This document shows, one piece after another, positions 1-7,824 of a stretch of DNA of 10,872 nucleotides (positions within the stretch are counted from its first letter, which is position 1; each line of letters opens with the position of its first letter). The notes under the pieces are model-generated. The model had not been told where the DNA came from. It worked only from the letters and a program-made list of their open reading frames with translations, and did not search any database. The DNA comes from Fidelibacterota bacterium (lineage in GTDB: Bacteria; Fidelibacterota; Marinisomatia; Marinisomatales; Marinisomataceae), in NCBI GenBank assembly GCA_018672235.1, contig JABHGE010000038.1, positions 1 through 10,872 of the forward strand, given 5' to 3'. The position numbers and the translations under genes are program-made.

Positions 1-236
1 CCTAATCGCGTTGAATATGCTAGTACAGCAATATCCATATGACTGTTATGATTGCTTGCAAAAATAAATGGACTATCCTTAGGGATATTCTTCCTTCCAA
101 TCACTTTAACTGGAGTGTAAAATGTTAAAACTGTATTAGCATATAAATCAAACACAAATGATAAAATTTTGAATAGAATTGATTTAGGCTGTGCTAAGTG
201 ACGATATCTTGGGTCTTCTAGGATAGAGTATTTCAT
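1..236 (-). CDS. plsC: Lysophospholipid/1-acyl-sn-glycerol-3-phosphate acyltransferase family protein (PlsC-like), N-terminal part; runs off the left window edge
   Basis: Not in the ORF track. Manual translation from ATG at 236 gives MKYSILEDPRYRHLAQPKSILFKILSFVFDLYANTVLTFYTPVKVIGRKNIPKDSPFIFASNHNSHMDIAVLAYSTRL.., open to the edge. It contains the PlsC block-I motif (V.G..NIP...PFIFASNHxSHxD; catalytic HxxxxD at 33-50). The start is 10 nt downstream of the SDR stop. The symbol is family-level only. Confidence 0.85.
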   Translation of the reverse strand, partial: MKYSILEDPRYRHLAQPKSILFKILSFVFDLYANTVLTFYTPVKVIGRKNIPKDSPFIFASNHNSHMDIAVLAYSTRL

Positions 237-246
237 GTATAGTATC

Positions 247-1038
247 TTATGCGTTTATTCTTTTTGCTAAAAAGAAATATAGGCTAGGAAAAAACTTATT
301 AACAAGGACTCCAAACCATGCGATATCATTCCATTTTGAAATAATAACTTGTCTTTTTTTCTGTTTAATAGCCTTTAAAATTATCTTTGCAGCTTTTTTA
401 GAAGATAATCCGACAGGTTTGCTACTTTTATCTCCAAAAGGAACACCTTTAGAATCTAATTTGTTGACTCCAAAACTTGTTTGAACCTTGCCAGGCGCAA
501 TAAGCGTAATTATTACATTATGCTTTTCTATTTCCAATCTGAGTGAGTCAAAAAATCCATGTAATGCAAATTTTGCAGAGGAATATACTGTTCTTCTTCT
601 TGATGTAATTAGTCCCGCTACGCTAGTATTGGTGGCAATGTGACCGCCTCCATTATCTATCATATGTTTTAGCACTGACTTTGTAAAATAAACTACTGAG
701 AAATAATCTAACTCCATCACTTCATGGAATACGCTTAGATCTATATCTTCAAACAAGCTTTCTGATCCAATACCGGCATTATTAAACAATATATCAATAG
801 CACCCTCGTTTTTAATAATAGTAGTTACAAATGAATCGATTTGATCTAATCGAGATAGGTCAAAGGGATATATAGCATATTGACTCTTATCATAGGATTC
901 AAATGACGCTTCCATTTTTTCTTTATTTCTAGATACCAATATCACTTTGGCGCCAGATGACAAGAATGCTTTAGCAGTTTCCTCTCCAATTCCAGAAGAA
1001 GCTCCTGTAACGATTACAGTTTTGTTTTTAAAGTGCAT
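247..1038 (-). CDS. Short-chain dehydrogenase/reductase, classical NADP(H)-type (DHRS7/DHRS7B-like)
   Basis: Motifs TGASSGIG, NNAG and catalytic YSSAK followed by FALHGFFDSLRLE; Arg after beta2 (VSRNK). Start moved from 1098 to ATG 1038 (MHFKNKTVIVTG) because the extra 20 codons overlap the upstream gene and precede the Rossmann fold. Confidence 0.9.
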   Translation of the reverse strand: MHFKNKTVIVTGASSGIGEETAKAFLSSGAKVILVSRNKEKMEASFESYDKSQYAIYPFDLSRLDQIDSFVTTIIKNEGAIDILFNNAGIGSESLFEDIDLSVFHEVMELDYFSVVYFTKSVLKHMIDNGGGHIATNTSVAGLITSRRRTVYSSAKFALHGFFDSLRLEIEKHNVIITLIAPGKVQTSFGVNKLDSKGVPFGDKSSKPVGLSSKKAAKIILKAIKQKKRQVIISKWNDIAWFGVLVNKFFPSLYFFLAKRINA

Positions 1039-1051
1039 AGTACGGAATATA

Positions 1052-1342
1052 CTATTTTTTGTCCTTTGTGTTAAGCCAGTAATAAAAAGGTAATGCAAAC
1101 AATAAACTACCGAGTAAAGATAGTATGATTAACCAATACCATTTATACTTTCCAATAGGATGATGCTTAAAATAATATGCAAGCAACAACATGAGCATGA
1201 ATGCCTCTATAAATAACGCCACTCCTATCGTATTAGATAGGAAGACAGCAAAATCAAACTCAAAAAACTGCCAGTACAGAAACAGGTTATTTACTACTAA
1301 TAATCCTGTTGCTGCAAACAAAAATAGTATTTTCTTGCTCAT
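1052..1342 (-). CDS. Small 3-TM membrane protein (DUF2834-like)
   Basis: 96 aa with three hydrophobic segments and a C-terminal WYWLIILSLLGSLLFALPFYYW pattern reminiscent of DUF2834. Fits the operon with 13- and 16-nt gaps. Family assignment is tentative. Confidence 0.65.
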   Translation of the reverse strand: MSKKILFLFAATGLLVVNNLFLYWQFFEFDFAVFLSNTIGVALFIEAFMLMLLLAYYFKHHPIGKYKWYWLIILSLLGSLLFALPFYYWLNTKDKK

Positions 1343-1358
1343 AGTATATCAACTTAAA

Positions 1359-4300
1359 CTATTGTTTGCTATCAAAGAAGAACTTTGTTAGTTGTGCCCA
1401 CACCACTAGTCCTATTGCAAAGGATATCACTAATAATATTGCTTCATTAGGATAAGAATTAAATGCACCACATTCATTGTTTGAAAAGGTATTAACAATG
1501 CTTCCAAATAATACCATGAATGGTATTAACATATAGTTATTCTTGACAATAAACTTATAAATCATAAAGAGTACGATAGAGTATAGTGTTATCAATAATA
1601 ACGATAACCCAATATTATATTGCATTCCAATTTCTCCGCCATACACAAACATAACTAATAAGATTCCATAAAGAGTAGATTTGATAGTATTGGCGTATCC
1701 ATCTGTCCATTCAAACAAGATTTTAGCAAAGAATAAAGTGAATGCTACGGATACAAATCCTCCATAGATATTAAATGTATCCAATATTGGATAGTATGAT
1801 CCTCCAAGAGTGATTCTTGGAAAATTAGGGTTTAAATCTAACTGAAATGTTCCTATAAGCATCGCAGATATTGCTCCTAATAACGCTGCAACCAATCCAC
1901 CGATTATAGAATCAGAAAGTGAAGTACGATTTAATGTATCTTTTAGTATTCTACCTAAGCTCCCAAAAAACAGTACTTGAATTAATGACACAACTAGAAG
2001 TCCTATCATGCTAGATATATACATCGTAGTCATTAGATTGGCAATTGGTTGATCTGTAGGCATTGTCATAAGGAACGAAGAATCGTTAAAGAAATTAATT
2101 AACGCACTAATAAAAATAACTGCTCCAAAGAATAATCCTTTTCTAAGATTTATCTTTCTATCCAACAACATTTTAAACGAGCGTATAAGCAATAGTCCAC
2201 CAATAAATAGACCTCCAGGAATAGTAAATAACATTGCAAGCATTCCTGAAAATCCTTCCCTGTCACGCTTCATTCTTTCCCAATCTTCGGGAACGTATAC
2301 AGATTGTGAAAATCCAGCAAGTTGGTCGCCTGATATCGTAACAATACTTTGAAACTGAGATCCTTCATAGCTTATTTCTCTATCTTCTTTATACGTAAAT
2401 ATCCAATCTAGTCGTTCTGGTTTTTGAGATTCAACCGCACTAACTAAACTCACCATACTCGTACTAAGATTAAAATGATCTCTCAATGCTTGGTCTGCTA
2501 TAATCTTTGCATCTGACTGAGTTAAAGACGCTCCTACTTCACTTTCAGGAAATTTATTATAAAAACGGATAGGATTCCCTTCAAAGTCTACTGAAACTAC
2601 TACCTCTCTTACTCGCGTTTCTACCTCTCCATCAAATTTAGCAAATCGAATCTTCCATCTTGGAGCTAACACATAAGAGCCTAATAAATCACTAAAGGCC
2701 TCAGATCCTAATTCTTCCCATATAAACCCGGAAGCAGGATAGCCCGTAACAACCATTGCGTTTCCTTCATACCCTTCAGGTAAAGTAATATTCTGAGTGA
2801 CAAGAAAATCTTCTGCAATACCAATTGCCTGTTCACGATTTATGGTTGGCGAATCCAAAGAAACATCTGAACTGCTAAACTTAAATGATGCCATGGCTAC
2901 AACAATAAAGAGGATCGAACCTAATAAGATTTTCTTATTTAATGGCGACCCATCTTGTATGATAGCTTTTGACTTTTCTTTGACTGCGGGTATTTCAGGT
3001 GGGGTTGGTTCAAACCCTTTATTAAGCGATGAATCATCTATTTCAGACCATCTATTTGCTTTCATTCTAAAATACAAAATAACAAGCAATGGAATAGCTG
3101 CACAAAGGACAGTCATAAACTTATCAACGACATAGCCACTTGAATACCATATAGGTAGTGAAAATAATAAAACATCATATAAGTAATGTGTAATCGCGCC
3201 GAATATCACGCCTAACTTTAAGTATAGCATTCCATATACAATAATAGATGGTAGGAATAACTCTACTACCCTAGCATAAGAAGGCTGTGCCGGATAATTA
3301 GCATGCCCTGCTCCAAAAATTAACGCCTGGAGTATCATCGCAATGACCAGTCCAGTAAAACGCATATTATATCTTTGTCCAATCAATACTCCTGCTCCGA
3401 TTGGTACGGCACGAAAGAGCATTTCTTCCCAAAATCCTGCTTGCAATGAAATAGCAATTCCTGTATACCATGGGAATACAGATGCAAGATAATTTGGGTC
3501 AGCCATACTACTTGCTGGAGACCAAAATCCAAAATATTTTTCCATAAGAATATAAAATGCACCAACAATAGCCAGCTTAATTGGGACAATTAAATACGCA
3601 AAAATAGTATCGTTGAGTACGCGCTTTGAATTAGCAACATTCATTGTCCATGTTTTCCATAATTGAATATGTTCTGGGAATGCCTTTCTTGTCAATGACT
3701 CTGCAATTACAAAAGTTGCACCAAAAAGTAAGAAATTAATTACTCCCATAGCGAGCATAGACATTAAGCCCTCTAGCATAAATTGTGACTTGCTAGTAGC
3801 AGTGTCATAAGCCATCCATATCGTTGGATAAAAATTTAATTGCGCTAATGTGCTGGTTGTCGCAATAAATGCTGCAGCTAATAAGGATGACTTCCATCTT
3901 AACCAGCCGGTACGGTAAAAAATAACTATTGATCCTACACCTATTATTAACATATAAATACCCAAGAATGCAAAGTTTGCAAACATGGCAATGGTGTCAT
4001 TATCTGATCTTATATTAGCAAATTCACGATCGAATGATTCTGGAATGAAAGCGCTAGGCAGCACAGAGCTTACCATTGATCCTGACACATCAATATCTAA
4101 TCTATATTTTGCATCTCCAATATCTTGGAGTTTATGTTCAAATAGAAAAGCGTGATCTATTCTACCATTTGGCATTTCTTCAAAAGAAGATTCTATTAAC
4201 GAATAGTCTGCAAAATTTCCAGACCAATGATCGTTAATTTTTAGAGCTACTAAGCTGAGGGCTTCTTCTTCTGATAAACTATCTGCATTATGATCTTCTG

Positions 4301-4694
4301 GAATTTTAACACGATATCCATTGGAAGATCCATCAGGCTTGAACATAAAACTTGCTTCAGCTACCTGACCTTCTTTAAAGGTTCTTACAATCCAGTTGTA
4401 TGGTGAAAAAACATCGCTATCAATAATCGATTGAAATTTTTCTCGACCACCTTGTTTTAATTCTACATAATCACGCAAGCTGGAACTGAAACCATACGCT
4501 GCGGCTTGATCAAGATTATCACCTAGTATTTCAAAATCTTCGGTAGCTGCTTTTCCTTCTTGTAAAGCTAGCTCTCTATCCATTGAGACGTTGACATTTA
4601 AGCCTCCAAGAAAATCATTCCAGTAATAGGCGAGACCTAGGGTGCTGGCAATAGCAAAAACACATGTGATAGATAAAATTTTATTAGTGGTCAT
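1359..4694 (-). CDS. Large CPBP (CAAX protease/Abi) family intramembrane glutamic/metallo-endopeptidase with internal tandem duplication
   Basis: 1111 aa. CPBP motifs WEEMLFR (EEMLFR at 3411-3428), FGAGH (within 3291-3317) and HYLYD (3174-3188) lie in a multi-TM region. Two homologous extracytoplasmic domains (~4020-4583 and ~2270-2843). SD-like GAGGG 4 nt before the ATG. Confidence 0.85.
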   Translation of the reverse strand: MTTNKILSITCVFAIASTLGLAYYWNDFLGGLNVNVSMDRELALQEGKAATEDFEILGDNLDQAAAYGFSSSLRDYVELKQGGREKFQSIIDSDVFSPYNWIVRTFKEGQVAEASFMFKPDGSSNGYRVKIPEDHNADSLSEEEALSLVALKINDHWSGNFADYSLIESSFEEMPNGRIDHAFLFEHKLQDIGDAKYRLDIDVSGSMVSSVLPSAFIPESFDREFANIRSDNDTIAMFANFAFLGIYMLIIGVGSIVIFYRTGWLRWKSSLLAAAFIATTSTLAQLNFYPTIWMAYDTATSKSQFMLEGLMSMLAMGVINFLLFGATFVIAESLTRKAFPEHIQLWKTWTMNVANSKRVLNDTIFAYLIVPIKLAIVGAFYILMEKYFGFWSPASSMADPNYLASVFPWYTGIAISLQAGFWEEMLFRAVPIGAGVLIGQRYNMRFTGLVIAMILQALIFGAGHANYPAQPSYARVVELFLPSIIVYGMLYLKLGVIFGAITHYLYDVLLFSLPIWYSSGYVVDKFMTVLCAAIPLLVILYFRMKANRWSEIDDSSLNKGFEPTPPEIPAVKEKSKAIIQDGSPLNKKILLGSILFIVVAMASFKFSSSDVSLDSPTINREQAIGIAEDFLVTQNITLPEGYEGNAMVVTGYPASGFIWEELGSEAFSDLLGSYVLAPRWKIRFAKFDGEVETRVREVVVSVDFEGNPIRFYNKFPESEVGASLTQSDAKIIADQALRDHFNLSTSMVSLVSAVESQKPERLDWIFTYKEDREISYEGSQFQSIVTISGDQLAGFSQSVYVPEDWERMKRDREGFSGMLAMLFTIPGGLFIGGLLLIRSFKMLLDRKINLRKGLFFGAVIFISALINFFNDSSFLMTMPTDQPIANLMTTMYISSMIGLLVVSLIQVLFFGSLGRILKDTLNRTSLSDSIIGGLVAALLGAISAMLIGTFQLDLNPNFPRITLGGSYYPILDTFNIYGGFVSVAFTLFFAKILFEWTDGYANTIKSTLYGILLVMFVYGGEIGMQYNIGLSLLLITLYSIVLFMIYKFIVKNNYMLIPFMVLFGSIVNTFSNNECGAFNSYPNEAILLVISFAIGLVVWAQLTKFFFDSKQ

Positions 4695-4724
4695 TTTTCC
4701 CTCATTTATTTTTTTTTGTAAACG

Positions 4725-4740
4725 GTAAAGTACGCTTTAC
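4725..4740. promoter_or_regulatory. Inverted repeat GTAAAG-TACG-CTTTAC, possible operator
   Basis: Perfect 6-4-6 palindrome overlapping the -10 box of the leftward promoter in the divergent intergenic region. Confidence 0.35.
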
Positions 4741-4755
4741 ATATTTCAAAGTCAA
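4727..4755 (-). promoter_or_regulatory. Putative sigma70 promoter for the CPBP-SDR-plsC operon
   Basis: Minus strand reads TTGACT (4755-4750), a 17-nt spacer, then TACTTT (4732-4727), about 30 nt upstream of the ATG at 4694. Confidence 0.55.
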
Positions 4756-4799
4756 TTACCCTAAACGCTTCTATTTACAAATCTAAAAAGTTCTAAAGG

Positions 4800-4826
4800 T
4801 ATAATTATCAAAAAATATGTAACATA
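4800..4826 (+). promoter_or_regulatory. Putative -10 box (TATAAT) of the acyl-CoA dehydrogenase operon with a downstream palindrome TATGT-A-ACATA
   Basis: Consensus TATAAT at 4800-4805, but no well-spaced -35 (TTTACA is 20 nt away). 5-1-5 inverted repeat at 4816-4826. AAGGA SD before ATG 4855. Confidence 0.35.
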
Positions 4827-4854
4827 CGCTACTGAATAAAAGGAATAATTAATT

Positions 4855-5997
4855 ATGAAAAAAGAAAATTTAACAGAAGAACAAATGATATTCCAGGATG
4901 CGGTGCGCACCTTTATGGATCGTGAATGCAAACCAAACAATGCACAATGGGAAAAAGATGGAATGGTTTCACGCGAAGTCTGGCTGAAAGCTGGAGCAAA
5001 TAATTTTTTTGGAATCGATGTTCCTGAAGAGTATGGCGGAATGGGAATCGATGACTTCCGATACAATACAATTTTAATTGAAGAAAGCGTTAGAGCAGAG
5101 AATCCTGGCTTTGGACACTCAGTACAAAATGATTTAGTGGTTCCTTACCTTATAAGACATTGTAATGAAGAACAAAAAAAACGTTGGCTTCCAAAAATCT
5201 GTAGTGGGGAGACAATTGGTGCATTAGCTATGACAGAACCAAGCGGAGGTAGTGACTTAGCTGCTATCAAAACTACCGCAAAAGATATGGGCGATTATTA
5301 TCTTGTCAATGGAAGCAAAACATTCATAACAAATGGACTATTAAGTGACTTAGTTATTGTTGCATGTAAGACAGATTCAAAACATGGTGCGCATGGTATT
5401 AGTTTAATTATTCTAGAACGTGGCATGAAAGGATTTGAACGTGGAACAAAACTACATAAGATGGGCCAAATAGCACAAGATACTGCTGAGATGTTCTTTA
5501 AGGATGTCAAAGTTCCTAAGGAAAATCTATTAGGCGAAGAAGGCAAAGGATTTTACTATATGATGGAAAGTCTTCCAAAAGAACGACTGTCTATTGCAGC
5601 CGGATCAATTGCAGTTATAGAATTTGTACTTGAATTGACTATTAAATATTGTCATGAACGTAAAGCATTTGGACAAAAAATTGGTAGCTTTCAAAACTCA
5701 AAATTTAAATTAGCTGAAATGGCAACGGAGGCAGAAATTGCACGTACATTTTATGATCAATGTGTCTTCGAATTAAATGATAAGAAACTTACTCCAGAAA
5801 AAGCCGCAATGGCCAAATGGTGGATAACAGAATTAGAGCTGAAGGTTGTAGACCAATGTTTACAGCTACATGGTGGGTATGGATATATTTTAGAGTATCC
5901 TATCGCTAAAGCTTATGTGAATTCACGTGTACAAACAATTTATGGTGGTACCACTGAGATCATGAAAGAGATCATTGGGAAATCGTTAGGATTTTAA
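4855..5997 (+). CDS. Acyl-CoA dehydrogenase (long-chain LCAD-type)
   Basis: 380 aa; motifs LAMTEPSGGSD, NGSKTFITNG, LPKERL, QLHGGYGYILEYPIAKAY and IYGGTTEIMKEII. Confidence 0.95.
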   Translation: MKKENLTEEQMIFQDAVRTFMDRECKPNNAQWEKDGMVSREVWLKAGANNFFGIDVPEEYGGMGIDDFRYNTILIEESVRAENPGFGHSVQNDLVVPYLIRHCNEEQKKRWLPKICSGETIGALAMTEPSGGSDLAAIKTTAKDMGDYYLVNGSKTFITNGLLSDLVIVACKTDSKHGAHGISLIILERGMKGFERGTKLHKMGQIAQDTAEMFFKDVKVPKENLLGEEGKGFYYMMESLPKERLSIAAGSIAVIEFVLELTIKYCHERKAFGQKIGSFQNSKFKLAEMATEAEIARTFYDQCVFELNDKKLTPEKAAMAKWWITELELKVVDQCLQLHGGYGYILEYPIAKAYVNSRVQTIYGGTTEIMKEIIGKSLGF

Positions 5998-5998
5998 T

Positions 5999-6835
5999 AT
6001 GGGAAATAAATTACAAGGTAAGGTAGCATTAATTACAGGTTCAGGTCGTGGTATCGGTCGCGAATTAGCACTCATGCTAGCAAAAGATGGTGCACATATT
6101 GTTGTTAATGATCTCGATGTAGATCCAGCAAATCAAACAGTAGCTGATATTATTGGAATGGGCGGAAAAGCTGTAGCATGCACTGGAAGTGTTACTGATG
6201 ATGATTTTGCTGATAGGTTTATAAATACTGCACTTGATACATTCGGTGGATTAGATATTATTGTTAATAATGCAGGCTATACTTGGGATAATGTTATCCA
6301 AAAAATGGGAGATGATCAGTGGCAAGCAATCTTAGATTGTCATCTTACTGCTCCTTTCCGAATTTTAAGAGCTGCTCAACCGCATATCAAACGCCTATTT
6401 CTTGAAGATAAAGAAAAAGGGATTACAAATTTTAGAAAAGTAGTCAATATTTCTTCAACTTCAGGGATGAATGGAAATGCTGGACAAATCAATTACGCAA
6501 CAGCAAAAGCTGGCGTAGTAGGAATGGCAAAAACGATGGCAAAAGAATGGGGTCGTTATAATGTAAATGTGAATGCAGTAGGATTCGGATTAATCAAAAC
6601 ACGATTAACGGATGCAGATGCTGAGAAAGCAGAATCTACGATTGATATTCAAGGTAATACCATTAAAGTAGGGGTTAATTCAGCAATATTTGAATCTGCA
6701 AAAACAATGATTCCACTTGGACGACCTGGAACGCCTGAAGAAGCTGCAGGAGCTATCTATATGTTCTGTATTCCTGAGTCTAACTATGTCACCGGACAAA
6801 TTTTAATGTGCCATGGTGGTGGATTTGGACTCTAA
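5999..6835 (+). CDS. SDR oxidoreductase (3-oxoacyl-ACP/CoA reductase or 3-hydroxyacyl-CoA dehydrogenase-like), NAD(H)-type
   Basis: Motifs TGSGRGIG, VVNDLD, NNAG, SSTSG..GNAGQINYATAK and PLGRPGTPEE. Starts 1 nt after the ACAD stop. Confidence 0.9.
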   Translation: MGNKLQGKVALITGSGRGIGRELALMLAKDGAHIVVNDLDVDPANQTVADIIGMGGKAVACTGSVTDDDFADRFINTALDTFGGLDIIVNNAGYTWDNVIQKMGDDQWQAILDCHLTAPFRILRAAQPHIKRLFLEDKEKGITNFRKVVNISSTSGMNGNAGQINYATAKAGVVGMAKTMAKEWGRYNVNVNAVGFGLIKTRLTDADAEKAESTIDIQGNTIKVGVNSAIFESAKTMIPLGRPGTPEEAAGAIYMFCIPESNYVTGQILMCHGGGFGL

Positions 6836-6853
6836 TAAATATAGGGTGTTTCA

Positions 6854-7768
6854 ATGAAATATTTTTCTCCTTTAGTCCCATTTATTTTAGGCTGGGGACT
6901 TTTATTCTACACAAATAATCTAAGCTCAATTAGTTTTACTAACGGTGTACTGCAACTGTTATTATTTGCATTTGTAGTGTCTTTACCCACATGGCGCACT
7001 GGACGTATGTCCTATGTTGATATTGGCTGGCCATGGGGCGTTGCTCTTATTGGGATCATCACTTGGCTCTATGGCGAAGGTGATAGTTATCGTATAGCTA
7101 CAATTAGTATCCTTTATATTTTAATTGGCAGTCGCATGGGAATGGGTGCACTAAAAATGTGGAGACTCGGGATGCTCAATATAGAATTTCCTCGCTATGA
7201 ATATCAGAAAAAACGTTGGAAAAAAGCTGGTAAAAATAATACCATGCTTGCCATGCAAATTGAAGGGATCTTACAAGGCTTAGCCAATGCTTCGTTCTTA
7301 GCTATGCCTGCTTTTATCATTGCAACCAATTCCAGTACAACAATTTCAATACTTGAAATAATAGGTGTTGTTGTTTGGTTTGGCGCATTTGTAATGGAAT
7401 CAATTGCAGATATACAAAAAATCTCCTTTTTAAAAAGAATGAAAGCATTGGGTGAAAAAAATAAAGTCTGTAATGTTGGATTATGGAAATATACTAGGCA
7501 TCCTAATTATTTTGCTGAATGGATGGTTTGGAATGGGTTGATTATTGCATCAATTCCATCTTGGATTCTCTTATATGAATCAGAATCAATGCTAATATGG
7601 ATATTACTGGGGTTAGGACTATTATTTATCTCTAGAATGATGTATACAACATTAGTATATCATACAGGGGCTATTCCATCAGAATACTACTCTTTAAAAA
7701 AACGTCCTGAATACAAAGTTTATCAAGATACAACGAATATATTTTTCCCTGGATCTAATAAGTCTTAA
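6854..7768 (+). CDS. DUF1295 family multi-pass membrane protein (steroid 5-alpha-reductase/ICMT-like fold)
   Basis: 304 aa with multiple TMs and the motifs VDIGW, PRYE, ESIADIQK, GLWKYTRHPNYFAEW and YKVYQDTTNIFFP typical of DUF1295. Confidence 0.85.
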   Translation: MKYFSPLVPFILGWGLLFYTNNLSSISFTNGVLQLLLFAFVVSLPTWRTGRMSYVDIGWPWGVALIGIITWLYGEGDSYRIATISILYILIGSRMGMGALKMWRLGMLNIEFPRYEYQKKRWKKAGKNNTMLAMQIEGILQGLANASFLAMPAFIIATNSSTTISILEIIGVVVWFGAFVMESIADIQKISFLKRMKALGEKNKVCNVGLWKYTRHPNYFAEWMVWNGLIIASIPSWILLYESESMLIWILLGLGLLFISRMMYTTLVYHTGAIPSEYYSLKKRPEYKVYQDTTNIFFPGSNKS

Positions 7769-7775
7769 TGAAATC

Positions 7776-7804
7776 AAAAAAGGCCTCAACTTGAGACCTT
7801 TTTT
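7776..7804. terminator. Bidirectional intrinsic terminator
   Basis: AAAAAA-GGCCTCA-ACT-TGAGACC-TTTTTT between convergent genes (stops at 7768 and 7825). The stem has one C-A mismatch on the + transcript, which is a G-U pair on the - transcript. U-tracts in both directions. Confidence 0.85.
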
Positions 7805-7824
7805 ACTTAACTAGTTATCAAGTA

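Noticed and set aside
1039..1098. 20-codon N-terminal extension of the SDR in the ORF track
   Set aside because: It overlaps the 3' end of the 1052-1342 gene and precedes the usual SDR start; ATG 1038 is the better start.
1191..1391. 66-aa plus-strand ORF
   Set aside because: Antisense shadow of two minus-strand membrane protein genes; no motif or SD.
2797..3135. 112-aa plus-strand ORF
   Set aside because: Lies wholly antisense within the CPBP gene; no recognisable features.
3383..3589. 68-aa alternative-frame minus-strand ORF
   Set aside because: Nested out of frame in the conserved catalytic region of the CPBP gene.
1359..4694. Interpreting the CPBP/'Abi' protein as a phage abortive-infection or bacteriocin-immunity system
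   Set aside because: The Abi name of this family is not evidence of defence function, and no bacteriocin precursor, transporter or defence genes are adjacent.
4761..5066. 101-aa minus-strand ORF
   Set aside because: Antisense to the acyl-CoA dehydrogenase start and its promoter region; shadow ORF.
5298..5546. 82-aa minus-strand ORF
   Set aside because: Antisense shadow inside the acyl-CoA dehydrogenase.
6951..6982. Additional TGCAAC with downstream GTCT as a possible ECF promoter
   Set aside because: The 22-nt spacing is too long and it lies inside the DUF1295 CDS. Other TGCAAC hits (e.g. 7321) lack the -10 element.
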